Positions 13,618 through 27,314 of a stretch of DNA of 64,000 nt are shown here, piece by piece. This stretch comes from Oikopleura dioica (Eukaryota; Animalia; Chordata). Location of the stretch: positions 15,325,208 to 15,389,207 of the forward strand of contig OU015568.1 of NCBI GenBank assembly GCA_907165135.1, given 5' to 3'. The notes beneath the pieces were generated by a model. The model saw only the letters and a program-made list of their open reading frames with translations. It searched no databases and had not been told where the DNA came from. Numbering within the stretch: position 1 is the stretch's first letter; every line of letters begins with the position of its first letter. The position numbers and the translations under genes were made by a program.

Positions 13618-15723
13618 ATGAGATCGTGGGGAGAAGAATTGTGGGACTCTTTTGAAAAAGTGGATTCAAAATTTTCAAGCCGGATTAAATACAATGAAAA
13701 TATTATAAAGGTGCTCTTTTACAATATTAAAGATAGTAAGATAATGATATGTCTTAGTTTATAAAAGATAAAAACGCTTTGGATTCTGAGTATGCGAAAA
13801 ACATCAAAAGCCTGGTAGCTCGAAATCGCAAGAGCACGCCGAAATCAGAATTCACTTCTGACGAATGCTTCTTTGGGTGGCTGACTGAAGTCGAAAACAT
13901 CGCAAACCAGTACGAAATGATTGTTGAATCAGTGCAAAAAACATGCATAGCGGTGAAAACCAGAGATAACCTTGACGAAGTGCATTGATGATAAATTTAG
14001 AGGATTCAATCGCATACCAATGAAATGATGAAGCACAAGAACGAGTCAAGAACCGAACACAAAAACTGGATCAAGATGCTTGAAAACCTCGATTCTAATC
14101 AAGAAAAGGCGAAGCAAAACTGGGCCAAGAAGTTAAAAGACTATGAGAAGGCGAGGTCGATGTTTGAAAAGGTACGTCTTGGATAAGCGCTATTGAGATT
14201 GAGATTATGAAAATTTCCTTTTATAGAAAGACGAACAGTTCTTCGTAAGGCTAACAACATAATTAAAATTCTTCATGATTCTGGTAGATTTGATTTGACC
14301 ATATCAGTCGCGCTAGGGTGTCCACACTTTGATTCGGTGTCTAACACTCAAAAATTCATCCTTGGTCACCTCGACGAAAAAATTCTAAAGTCGATTTGTT
14401 TTATCTGATTATATTCTTATGATTTCTAGCATTTTATCCTCGCTTTATGATCAATTCTAGGCCGACAGCGACCAGCACGTAACAAAAGCTGATGTCGAAA
14501 AAGCCCGTCAAAACTCGCATCACAAGCGACAAATGGCAGAAGACGCCAAAAACGAGTACTCAAGATGCCTGGTCGAATTCAACAGACATCAAAAGGAACA
14601 TCATACGAAGCTGATCCCGGATCTTCTAAATACTTCGCAAAATCTAGCGCTGGAGAACGGAAACTGTTTCCGAGAAATCGTCAAGAACTTTTGCGTCGCC
14701 GAGTGTTCTTATCGACCTCTTATTGGTAAGTCAAGTTCTGTATACTGTCCTTAACCCATTCTAGCAAAATGCATCGACGATATTGATCACAAGAGCGGAT
14801 CTATTGACCCAGAGGCCGACTGCGAAACTGTAATTGAAATGACAAAGACAGGCTATGCTCGGCCAGATGATAAGCCATTCGAGGACATGGAGAATCCACC
14901 CAAAGAAACGGGAAAGAAAACTTTGAGGGGACTGGGTTTCGGATTGTTCAAGAAGACAGAGTCAAAGCCTGTGCAGGTTTGTTATAAAACCTGAAAGCAA
15001 AAAGTTTAAAACTCTAAAATTAGGAAGATATGAGCCACCTACCTCCTCAACAAAGAAAACGACAGCTCATGAAAGTTCGAAAATCGCTTCTCGACGAAAT
15101 GGAAAAAGATACCAAAGAAATCAAATCACTGGAGAAAATGGCGTCTGTTAAAAACTTTGGCGATGGCGGTCAAGTGCAGCAAAAGATCAATGAAGCGAGG
15201 AACAGACTGAATGCCAAAAATCAAAAACTGCATCAGATAAATGAGTGGCTAAATGATACGGAGATCGCGCTCAACGGAAAACCTCTCGACCACGACACTG
15301 ATCACATGGCTACTGAACCACAGGGCTACCAATACAAGCACGAAGTCAAACAGGAATATAATCAAATGGATACTAGCTACTCGGAACAAAGTGGATCACA
15401 AATGGATGTTTCCAGACATTCAGGATATAGAGATTCTTTTGAGGTAAGCGTCGTCATTGACCTTCTCCTCTATGATTTCAATTTAGGAAGAATCGATAGA
15501 AGGTCCGGTAGCGACTTGTCTCTACAACTTCCAAGAAGCTGGAGAGGGATGCATCACAGTAAATATGGGCGAGGTAAGAAAAAGACTCTCTTCTCATACC
15601 TCATTGATCTTTCAGATTCTATCCGTAACGGAAGAGGACAACGGAGATGGCTGGACAAAAGTCCGCGTCCACGGCACCAATCGAGAAGGATTCGTCCCCA
15701 CATCGTACATAAAGCTCAACTAA
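13618..15723 (+). CDS. F-BAR/HR1/SH3 protein of the CIP4/TOCA/FNBP1 family
   Basis: MRSWGEELWDSF start, ADSDQHVTKADVEKA, HR1 MSHLPPQQRKRQL, SH3 EEDNGDGWTKV...EGFVPTSYI. Confidence 0.9.
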
Positions 15724-15996
15724 CTTCTTCACTCACAACAAAGTATGACTGTAACTATCTTCAAAAAACAATGTTCGACCTATTGACACAAACACACTGC
15801 ACTTTACTTGTCCAAGTTGATAATTCTAACCGCAATTTACCCTTGCTACACTTCCAAATTCGCATAAATATGTAAATAAAGTAATTCAACTAAAATACTC
15901 TCGGCAAGACTGGTTTCAACTAACCGTCTTGTCATTGAAATCAGTTGAAGTAGAAAAATATATTTAAATATGAAAAATAGAAGCAGAAGGGAAGAT

Positions 15997-17710
15997 TTAT
16001 GAGTAAAAGTCGTACGCAGCTTTTTCGGATAGATGCTCTTCATATTTTGCTTCAGCGATAACAGTTGCAGAAAGAATCTTTGCTTGAAGCTCAATGTCAG
16101 TTGTAAATGCCGCAACTGACTTCCAAACTGATACGTTTTCGTAGTCCAGCTCGAGCCTTGATGACAGATCTTTGTCCTTCCTAAAGGAAACGATAAAGAA
16201 TCATTAATGAAATAAAGCGCTTACAATAGAAATGCTACAAGCTCGTCGTGTTTCCCAAGCGACACGAGAGCCATGCTCAATTCTGCTAGTGAATGTCCGC
16301 CATGTTCGATAAGCGCGTCCCCGACATGTTTGAGAGGATAATCCAGGAAGATGTTTTTCAGCCGTTGTGATGAAACACGACCTTCTTTGTAAATTCGAAC
16401 GAGTTTGTAAAACTGGCGGCGACGAACAAGCAAAGAGACAACTCGTTCGTACATTTCCAGTTGAGTGAAGAGAAGAGTTGCGATATTCAATTCCCCTGCA
16501 TTTTCCGTTGCTTCAGCTATTTTACGGTCCTATTTTCGATTTATTTTCCGTCCGTTTGTCAAGCCTACCGTTGTAAAAACTCCAACAGAGTACCAATAAG
16601 GAAAGTATAGGTCGATTTTATTCGCCTGTCCAGCTATTTCTATCGCTAGCTCTCTGAAATCTACCGGTGTCGGGTTGGCCATTCCAAAAACAAGAGATGC
16701 GAACCAAAGTGCTGCTGTCATGCTTTTATCAGAGCCTTCCGCGAGTATTCTTCGTAGATTATGGGTTGTCCTAAGTTTACAATCAATAAAGCCCGACATT
16801 CTTGGTTAGTTTACCTGAGGCATTTGTACTGAAGAGCAGTTTGAGCAGCGGTTTGATAGTCACCTTCAACCAGTTGATCGTTGAAATCTCTGATCGCATT
16901 CAAAACTTCTTGAGCTTTGGCGGACTCAGTCGGACAATCGATTGGCAGATCATTGTCTAAGTCGTCATCTAAAGAAGGATCATCCAGTCGAGCGGAGAAG
17001 AGCTCCACAGCTTTTGACTTTTCAACCAAATTTTCTGGGTTATTCATCGTTTCCAAGTAGTTTCTTGTCATTTTCGCGACTTTCAGTCTCCTTAGTCTGC
17101 TCATTTCCTTCTCGAGAGCTGCTTCTTGTTCTGAAATACTCGTTCTAAGCTCGTCAATGCGCTCTTCCGTAATCGATAATTTCTTTTGCTCTTGAAGCCA
17201 CTGCTCTTTCCGGTCAGCTTCGTTTTTCAAGCTCACAATCATGTTCTCAAGATGAGCGCGCGACGTCACTTCGTCCATGTTCACCATGTTCTTTCTCACA
17301 AACTCTGGAATGTACTCGAGTCCTGGGCGCTTGACGGTTTTGTGTATGATGATCGGATCAGGAATAGCTTGTTTCGCGAGATTGATTCGTTCAACATCGT
17401 CGTCAAGGTATTTTTTCACGTCGTCTTCGATTTCTTGAGTTCGTTTTCGAAGAAGAGCAGCGGTGGACGATGCAAATGCTCTACGTTGGTATTCTTCTTC
17501 GTTTTTCTCATGTGTTTCGATTATTTTTTCACGCTCCTCGATCTTATTCTGGATCTGGCGAAAGACACGGTCGAGACTTGATCCAAGAGGCAAAGATGTA
17601 ACGAAGCGATTTAGAGTTCTGCGAGAAGCAAGGTATTTTGATTGCGGCTCATGAACGCGTCCCAGCTCATGATGGAGAGAGTCAAGTAAATTTTTGCCGA
17701 ACAGAGCCAT
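15997..17710 (-). CDS. CLHC1: Clathrin heavy chain linker domain-containing protein 1-like
   Basis: N-terminal coiled coil, then FNDQLVEGDYQTAAQTA...LRT resembling the clathrin linker, then helical exons. Family assignment is from memory. Confidence 0.5.
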
Positions 17711-18089
17711 TCTAAATCTCTTTCAAGATTATTGTTGTTTCAGCCTGAAGCCTTCAGGAATTTTTAATAAAAAAACTCTCGCTATGGTGACCTATCTTCA
17801 GCGTCCTGAGACGGTTAGGAGTCGAGAGAAACCTCAGGGCCCGTGCAGCCTTTCGTCAATTTAGAGTTTTTTCGGTGACAAAGATTCAACATAAACAGAA
17901 CAACGTCACTGGCGGCTATTCCGCCTAACCAGCCGACAATCGTCTGTTGCACATAGTATGAACGCAAATTTCCGGGGTTGATTCTTATCAGCTTGATACC
18001 CTAAAGCCTCTACACATGGCAGTTACCCTTCGGGCCCCCCGACTAGGATTCATACAAGGGTTGCGATGTCGCCTATGAATACGAATTCA

Positions 18090-18793
18090 AGATGATCCCC
18101 GTCGGGATTCGAACTCGTAGCGTCTAGATCCACCAAATATAGCGCAGGGTGTCTAATTTGGACGGACAAAATTGGATTGGATAGTTGGATTGGCCTATTT
18201 TGGAAAATAGCCGGAAATTGGTTGGATCTGGCCCCGGTTTTTGTTGGATATTTCGGATTATTGGGCATTATTGGATAGTTGGGATAAATTGGAAATCGGG
18301 GCTAAAATGGGCAAATTGGCGGCGAAAATAAATTGGAATACTGGAAAATTGTTGGGCAACCAGCCGAATCAGCCGTTTTGATCAAATTTTAACCAAAAAT
18401 ACTCCTAAATTTTACCGAATAATGGCTACAATTAGTGGAATAAGTGTACTATTGGGTCCAAAGAGCAATTTTTAAAGTCTTTTTTTTAGTTTGTTAGAGA
18501 AGAAATAAGATAATATAAATCGGAAATATTTTTGGGAAGTATTTTTTCTCGGATTTTTATCGGATTCGGATTTTTATTGGAATCGGAAAATAATTGGAAA
18601 ATCGGCTAAATTGGGGAATTTCATAATTGGCTAATTATTGGATTATTGGGCTAAATTGGAATTGGATTGGATTTTGGCCGGTTCAAACCTGAAAAAAATT
18701 ATTGGCCGGAAAATGGTCGGCCAGACCCGGAAATTTTGTCCAATTTAGACACCCTGATATAGCGTACGCACGACTAACTACGCTAATCACTCC
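18090..18793 (-). mobile_element. tRNA-derived SINE-like head split by a hAT MITE
   Basis: Minus-strand A-box TAGCGTAGTTAG (18774-18785) and B-box-like AGTTCGAATCC (18105-18115) come to tRNA-like spacing once the MITE is removed. Confidence 0.55.
18145..18756. mobile_element. hAT-type MITE
   Basis: TIRs CAGGGTGTCTAATTTGGAC / gtccaatttagacaccctg; 8-bp TSD ATATAGCG at 18137-18144 and 18757-18764; interior rich in attgg/attcgg motifs. Confidence 0.92.
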
Positions 18794-19413
18794 TGGTCCC
18801 GCGCCGATCATTTACTGCATAAGAACTCTCAAGAAGCCGAAGTTGAACAAATCAAAACATTCAATGTTTACATTTGTATAACTAATTTTTATTAAATATC
18901 GTCAGCGATTTGATTTTTCAGTTTTTAGAATAATATTGAACAGAAAAATGGTTAGGCACGAGTGGCAAAATTTCCTCAATAACACATGATGAAATCGGAG
19001 TCTGCTCATGAATCATGATAGTTATATTATAAAATATTGCAATTTACCATCGTTGAAGATGTAATGTGCGGGTCTATATGAAGGGAGGGGGCTGTGGCCA
19101 ACCAAGTAAAATAACATATATTTTGTAGAAGTTGGTTTTAGGTAAGAGGAGATGCTCCTCGGCTACATAATTGTATAATAAAAATTATTATATAATATTG
19201 CGAGAGACAACTACTGGCAGAAAACTGAATAAGAATATGATTGCACTTGTAGCAGATGGTGAATGGGTGTGTAAAAATATACAGGAAGGAAACAGAAACA
19301 GCGCTACATAAAGTTTTTGTCTCAATTCAGAAAAAAAGAAGTCTCTTTTCGCTTTTTTCAAATAGCAAGTTAAACTTTGAACTCCTTGAAAAACAATTGG
19401 ATGCAACTTATTT

Positions 19414-21791
19414 TTAGTCCACTTTGACGGCGCCGTAGATCTTTCGCACGAACCAGTAACATGCGAAGAAACCGATTGAACCGGTGAAGAGGAAGACGAA
19501 CAAGGTCATAATACTCGTGTAACCAAAGTATAAAATCACCGAGGCGAATTTGTCAAGAGTAAGCTAAAATGAAAGTTAGTGATGAAGGGGAAAGGGCGGA
19601 TGTTTCTTTTTACCTTTGAGGAGTAGTAATGAGCGGCGTAGATGAAAAAGTAGAACGCGGTGAAGCCCGAGGTCATAAAACTTCTCCACCACCAGTTGTA
19701 ATCCTCTGCAGCAAGGTGGAAATAACACAGAAGAATTGTGGTTTCGGAACAAGTGACGATCAAAATAATTGCAACGAGGAGAAGGAAACCGAACATATAG
19801 TAGATCTGATGAGACCAGAGCGAGTTGAGGATGAAAAACAGCTGGATGAAGATGCATCCAAATGGCAAGATGCCGCCCATAACAACGCCAGGAATAGGTC
19901 GAGTGTAGAAAACTTGCTCCGGAACGTGTCGTGGAATCGGATTAGTTCGGACTGACGAGAATGATAAGCAAAAATTTGAGTGAAAAAACTCTACCTGGGT
20001 GCTCGATCGGCCTCTTTTTGTAACCATAGTAAGCTCCAAGGAAACACATCGGTGTTGTAATTCCAACCCAGAGGAACATAATCGCCAAAATTGTTGTGAA
20101 AGGAACAGCGGCGGAAGATCCTAGACAACTTTAACCCAAAATGTCAGCGTATAAACACGTTACCTTCTCCCCAAAGAATCAAGTTCATCACGAAGAAAAT
20201 GCCAAACACGACGCCGGAAACGAGGAAAGCGGTCATGAGCACATTTGTTTTCCATTTCTCGCCTCCGAATGACTTGTAAATGCGCGCAGAGGTGTAGCCA
20301 GCCGGCGATCCGAGGAGGATGAACACGACCACCGCGGTTGTGCCAAATGCACCGCGGTTAGCAGGCGAGAGGAATCCAAGACAAGCGATGAATAACACGA
20401 TGAAAACCATAATAAACACCTAGTGGCCGTTGTTATTAAAGAAGTTGAATAACAACTTGGTACCTGTAGGCCAACGCCAGCAAGAACAGACAAAAGCATA
20501 CCAGCCTTGGGCGGTCGGAAAACGTCACCTAAAGAAAGGTCAGCTTGATTTTTTAACTATCAGCGAGACGTACCGTGTACAAGCTTCCATCCGAATTCTT
20601 CCTGTGCTTCTTCTGAGTTTTCCGCAGCGTTGTATCGCGCGATGTCTTTTCTGAGCGATCGGACAGTGACCATAGCGACCATGCCAGATAAGAAGATAAC
20701 GATGACGAGCGAATTCATAATTGAGAACCATTGAATATTCGTGTGAGGCATGGAGTCTAGGATGTAGTCCCATCGAGACGCCCATTTTACCTGATAACAA
20801 TTGTTATATTTACAAGCGGAAATGGACAAGTACCTGGTTGTTTTCCTGGAAAGTGATGGAATAGGTATATTTGATGTTGATGTCGGAATTGACTTTTCCA
20901 GGAATAGCAGCTGGCTTGGCAGATGCAGGGTCGCAGTTGACACCGTCAGAGTGATCATAAGAATGGGGAACGACTCGAGCTTGGACAAGACGAGAACCAA
21001 GGAAGCCGCCGACTGAAAGACAGGTTTTATTAATAATTTGATTGATGATTTTGCTCACCTTCTCCGGAGTGGTAATAAATAGTAATGTCGACATGGTTGA
21101 ATAAGTAGAATGTGGAGGCCTGATTGTAATGCTCGGAAATAATGCATGCATCTTTCTTCTCGCCCTTTTGCGTGACATAGCAACCCATTGGGAAGCCAGG
21201 TGTGCAAAATCTGTTTTGCCCTTCTGTATCGTAGCACCAAGTAACAGGCATGTTGTCTGAAAGCGAATTTGAAGAGTTTGAACAAGAAATTCAAGATTTA
21301 CCAATGATCCAGTGCTGTTCGTAGCTGAACATCATTCCGTGCTTGAGGAATTTGATCTTGTCATCATCTGCCTTGTAGTTCTTCTCGCAGAGGACTTCGC
21401 ACTGTTTTTCTTCTCCAAACACGATGTTATATGGACTTGGTCGGATTCGCTAAATAATGATTTGAGGAAATTCGTTCATTGAGAAGTTTGATATCTCACC
21501 TCTCCGAAGAGAACTTGACCGAGATTTTCTGATGGCGACTTTTTGTCCTTTGAAGCTGTGCAGAAATCAAAAGCGGAGTATTCGAATGGAATGACGGATT
21601 CGGACGATGTGAGACGATTCACAAAGAGCTCGATTTGCGACTTGCATCCTTCTTCTTCCTCGCCCTGGATTTTCGTTGAAATCAAGGAAGAAAACGTTTC
21701 AATAGTTTACCTTTCTACAAAACGAAACTGGCGCCAAGCCTGGAAGATAAAAACCAACTGCTACGCCGAAAACGATTGCCAATCGCCTCAT
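19414..21791 (-). CDS. TM9SF2: Transmembrane 9 superfamily member 2
   Basis: Signal peptide then [53 protein letters not shown]-terminal IYGAVKVD*. Confidence 0.93.
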
Positions 21792-23000
21792 TTTCTAAAA
21801 ACGATTCTCTTGTTAAAAAATTTCCTTTAAAAATTGACTTTGTTTGCAGAAGACACTAGGATATGAGAAATCATCTTTCATTTATTATTTTTTGTGTGCG
21901 GTCGTAAAAGCGAGTTTAGCGGTCCAAGGATGGAGCCGCCTCGGGACAAATTTTACGGCAATGTCGTAAGTTTATGCTCTGTGCTCGGCCGTAATGCAAT
22001 TAAGGAGGCTAAGAGCGGGGCTTCTGCTTCAATTCCTGATTGCCTGTCAAAACTGAGAAGTACATTTGATAGCGATTTGACCCTGGAAATAATTTGACCA
22101 CGCCTGAGGCTTTCAATTCAGGGGAAATCAGGATCACTAGAATTTCAATTGTTGATCTTGATTTCGTGCGCTTTAATTTTCGTGAAATTGCTATACTAGC
22201 GCAGCAATGATAAGTTGTCAGTGACAACTTGTCAAGTAGTTATTCAAGATTTACGGATGCTAATAAAACAAATGAAAAAGTTGCAATTTTCGTATTAAAT
22301 TAATCTAAAAAGTATAATAAGTGTTCTATGATGAAACTTTTATCAAATTATAGCATTATTCTTTCAAAAATACCAATCTTTATCATATAAATTTACTTCT
22401 TCGTGGTCATTTAAAAGATCATAAAACTATATCGTCGTTATTTCGTAACATTTCGTATAATCATAATTAGTGTTAAAAACTTTTATGCCACTACCAAGTT
22501 TTACTGAACGGGAGGAAGCCTTACAAGACGAATGATTATTCTAGAAATATGAAAAAGCCTCAAATGTCGTTTGTTTCCTGTGCCTCAAAATATGCTAATC
22601 GTCCTTTTCGCTTTTTCTTCTAATTTTCTTTCGTGAACTCTATTTTCAAAATATAATCTCTAATGATCGATTGATCGACTGTTTGTTTATTATTTCTTTA
22701 GTAAAAACTGAAAAAGATAAGAGGAAAAGAAGAATCCGAATTTGATTGAATTGAAAAGCGCCTTCAGCTCAAGCTTTCGTTGATCTTGGTGGGCCGCTTT
22801 TGCCACGGCTCCTGGTGCCGAGCTCAAGCAGCCATGCGACCAATCACAATTCACAAGAGAGCTCTCCGCGGCCATGCTACACCACCATTTCTGCACAAGG
22901 CGAAAACATCAATAATTACGAGTAAAATTTCGTAGATTTTCTTTCATGAAAGTCTGCGTTAAATTTTTGCTTGTTTTCTTACAATTTTTTTTTGAAATTT

Positions 23001-23088
23001 TATTAATAATAAAATAGCGGGTCCCTATTTTAACGGGAAAATCCTTCTCGGATTTCGGAAATAGGGACCCCTAATTTGTTATTAATAT
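23001..23088. repeat. Short palindromic element upstream of the WDR36 acceptor
   Basis: gggtccctattt (23019) / aaatagggaccc (ends 23070), with outer tattaataa / ttattaata. Confidence 0.7.
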
Positions 23089-23105
23089 TTGTTTAATTTC
23101 AGATA

Positions 23106-26105
23106 ATGTCTTCGCTATTCAAGCCGTATCGGGCTCTCGGCGTTTACTCGGGTAGCTACCCGGGCATCGTCCACTGGCACAAAAACCGTCGCTACCACAT
23201 CCTCAACGTTCCAATTTCCAACGCTTTTCACTCGTACAAAGTCGATGGTTTGGGCATAATCGGCATTTCCGACTCCATGCCCGGCGAAATCACTCAATTG
23301 TCCGAATACCATTCGCTCGTTTCTGCCCAAGCAGATGGCCACCTCTGGGTTTTTATGAATGGAAAAGTGCTTTTCAAGGTATACTTTCTTTCTCACAATT
23401 CCATCTAATATCATCTTCGTTAGTTTAAAACAGCAGATGACATCGTGGCGCATTACTTATTCGGCATGGACATCGCTGTTATTCTTACTGACTGCCCGAG
23501 TCTGATGGTCGTCAACTTTCGCGATGGGGACATTTTAACCGAGATTCCACTTGACAGAAATCGCAAATATTCCAACATGCTTCACCCTCCGACTTATGAA
23601 AACAAAGTTCTCGTTACCAACGATTTAGGGAGATAGATCTCTTCAATATCAAAACTGGAAAGGTAGTTTTTTATATTTTCCAATTTTTATCAATTTTTTG
23701 TTTAGAAAATCTACTCTTTCGACGCGCTAAAAGGAAAAACAATCACGACAGTACTGAAAACTCCACATTTACACGTGATTGGAGTTGGCGCAGAAGATGG
23801 CACATTCGCCTTATTGAACATCAAGAAGAACAAAATCCTGCTAAAGCTGAATAATGCGAATAGAGTGACAGCGGCTGATTGCCGAACGGATTTGCCAGTG
23901 GCGGCGATTGGGACGGATGACGGGAAGATTTCGATTTGGAACTTGGAACACATGCAATTGATTACGCAAATTGAGAACCACGATAGCGCAGGTACGCTTT
24001 TCTACACGAACTTATCTTTATTCTTCTTCTAGTTCTGTCAATATCCTACCTTCCAAACGAAGATTGCTTCGTAACAGTCGGCTCAGACAACAGCATCCGC
24101 GTTTTCGCCGAAAATAAGCAACTCCGTTACCGATTCGGCCACTCTCTTCCTCCGACAAAGATCCAGTTCTACGGAAGCGAGGAAAAACACATTATCCTCT
24201 CCGCAGGTCTCGACAGGACAATGAAAGTGTTTTCTCCAGAGCACGAATCTGGCAACAAAAACCTCGGCAAATGCACGCTCGTTCACAAAAGCAAAAGACG
24301 GAACATGCGATGTCGCACATTGTCGATTTTGCATCGTCGAGAACGAGAGAAAATGCTTGGGATAATCTTGTAGCAGTTCATTCAAATTCAAATACGGCTA
24401 CGACTTGGTCGACTTACAAAACGAAAAGGTATGATCGAAAATATTCCTTTCTATACCTATTTTTAGAGGAGCATTCAATCTTTCTCCCAAGAATTTAAAA
24501 GCGAAAGTCACATCTGTAGAATGCTCACAATGCGGGAACATGGCTTGGATTGGCTGCGATGACGGGTCAATTCGCGAGTTTAATCTGCAATCCGGCCGTT
24601 TGAGAAAAGAATACCAAATTGGAGAAGATAAAATGAAAGCGCACGATGATCGGGTCACTGGAATCGGCTGCCAAATGCTGCAAGTTGCATTGATTACCAC
24701 TTCTCTTGATGGAAAACTGAAAGCGTGGAGGATACATACAGGAAAGCTTCTCGAAACGATTGATCTTCATGAGCCCGCATTGAACTTCGCGTTCCAGGTT
24801 TTGCTTCCCCTTTTTCGGGCAGAAATAATCAATATTCAGAGAAAAGCAAATCTCGCAGCAGTTGCACTGGCCGACTTTTCCATCATCATCGTCGACTGCA
24901 CAGGACACCCCTTACTTTAGCTCGATCATTGAGCGGCCACTCGGCTGAAATTAGAGATATTGCATGGAGTCAAGATACAAGATGGCTTGCTACAGCGTCT
25001 TCTGATTCCAGCATCAAAGTTTGGGATGTTACGACTTCCTCATTGATCGATCAATTTAGGAATGGTGATTGTACTTTTATCACAAATGTGATTGGAATTC
25101 CAATGCCTGAATGATTTTTATCACCAAGCTAAAGAACCCCTTCTATTCCAACCTCCGTGGATTTCAGCCCGAACGATCAATTTCTAGCGACGACTCATTG
25201 CGACGAAATTGGCGTTTTCCTCTGGTCGAACATTCAAGCCTTTGATCCCCGACCAGTTCGATCTATTGATGAATCTGAAGTGCCTAAGATGGTCAGCATG
25301 CTCCCACAAGTCAAAATCACGGACGAGGTCGATCTCGAAGAAGAAGACGAGAACAAAGTTATGGACGATGAATACAAATCGCCAGAAGTTATTGATGATT
25401 GTGTTACTGTCACTGGACTGCCCAATTCAAGATGGATTTCGTTAGTAAATTTGAAGTTGATCAAAGAAAGAAATAAAGTTGTTGACGTCAAAGCGCCAGT
25501 AAAGGTAAAAGATTAATTTCTCTCTCTCTCTGATCTAATTCTAGGCTCCTTTCTTCCTTCCTACTGTTGCAGGCGTATCTGGAGTCGAATTCGATCGATC
25601 CGCCCTTGAGGACGATTCTCAGTCAAAAATTGCATCGAACAAGAAGCCGATGATTTCGCTCGTTTCCGGAGTAGGCCGCCAAATGGAGTCATATCTATCC
25701 GGTAGCGAATTAGATGTCCTGATGAAAATGCTCGAAAGCTACTCGCCATCGAAATTGGACTCGGAGATTAGCGCGCTTGATCCAGAAGGATGTTGCTCGG
25801 AGAAGCCACTTGAAGGCTTTTTGACGCTGTTGAGGGACTCTTTGAAGAAGGGAATGTATTGGGATTTGTGTCAGGCGATGTTGAGAGTCTGTTTGGCGAA
25901 GCACTTTGAGGAGATTTTGAAATATGAAGGATTGTTTGCCATTTTGGAAGAATGCAAAACAGGTTGGAATTGTGGCGAAGAAGGATGAAAAATGACTGTC
26001 TATTTAGCTTCTAAAGAAGGAGTTTCATCGCTAGAAAAGGACGTAGAAGATTGCTTATTATTCGCGCAATTCGTTGTGAACAACACAATTGCCGTCCAAG
26101 AATGA
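23106..26105 (+). CDS. WDR36: WD repeat protein 36 (UTP21)
   Basis: SLFKPYRALG, LHPPTYENKV, RENAWDNLV, FNLQSG, Utp21 C-terminal motifs IKERNK...APFFLPT and SPSKLDSEI; several -1 homopolymer shifts. Confidence 0.92.
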
Positions 26106-27314
26106 TCGAAGGAAAAAGAAAAATACCGAAAGAACCCGTTTTTGTACAACTGTGTGCTCAGTTACATAACTTTCTGATTGTATAAAAGTCGAGCTCACCA
26201 CAAACACTGGCGCGGAAACTTGTGTGTTTGCCCAATCTCAAATATTTTCTATTTCAGGGTGGGGTGCAGTTAAAAACTGTTAGGAAAATGCTGCGAACGC
26301 GCCAAGGAAACAATTTTGAAATTTTTCTAGATCCCTTTCTTCATTAGAATGGTCGGTACTGCGGTTGGCTCTAAGCGGGAGACTGATTCAAAAGAGTACG
26401 TTGACAAGTCACACTATCTGCCCATTTTACAGTTCGTTCTAGTTCCACTGCCTTGATTTTTTATTAGAGTCATCGTCATTGATTCATTTCCGCATGAAAC
26501 CGTTTTTGATTTTTCATTAAATTTATTAGAGAGATGGTCCAGAAAATCGAGCCGAAGCAAGCGCTCTCGGAGAAAGAGGTTTTTGGAGTTTTTCTTATGT
26601 TTTCAGCTATTTGCAGTACTAACACCTTATTGACGATAGGCCTTTTATGACCAGCCAAAGTTATTAAAATTCGATGAAACGTTCGATTACATAACGCTGC
26701 GTTTTTCATGAGTCAGTGATTTTCATGTTAGTTAACTTGCATTTTTTCGACCTTTGCATGGACAAATCATACGTAATTACGTAAACAAAATATTTCATCA
26801 AAGAAGTACAGTTTGATCTGCCTGTAAAATGCGCTTGATCAGCTGATCCTTGGCAAAATATTTGCCATCGTTTGACTCTTTTCTCGGGCCTCACGTTCTG
26901 CCCTTTTACCGGCTTGCTACCGTTCATTTTCGATATTCAAAAACGGCTTTGTTGAGATATTTTTATCGAAAACCCGCCCGTTGGCCATTTCGATGAACGC
27001 GGTGTTGAGATTAGGAGCAGGAAACGGACCAGACTCATTCCGTTACCCCTTGTTTGCTCCCGACCACCTTGTTCCAGTTTTTTATTATCAAGGACTTTTC
27101 TCTCCTCCAAATAGTTTCACCCCTACCTTACCTCTTACGCTCTTTATATAAAGCCAGCTAGAGATCGAGTCTAATTTCAAAATTGCCAAAACAGTTTTCG
27201 CGAGCTCAGTAAAGCGCTCATTATTGAGGTTTGAAGTTTAAAAAAGATTCCTTCACAAATTCATTGTTGAGAGATAATTCTAACCAGATCGATCTATCCT
27301 GCGCAAATAACCGA

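Noticed and set aside
14314-14350. hAT TIR-like tagggtgtcc in an F-BAR intron
   Set aside because: No partner TIR or TSD found.
18090-18793. Functional tRNA gene
   Set aside because: The acceptor, anticodon and T stems pair poorly, and it is interrupted by a MITE.
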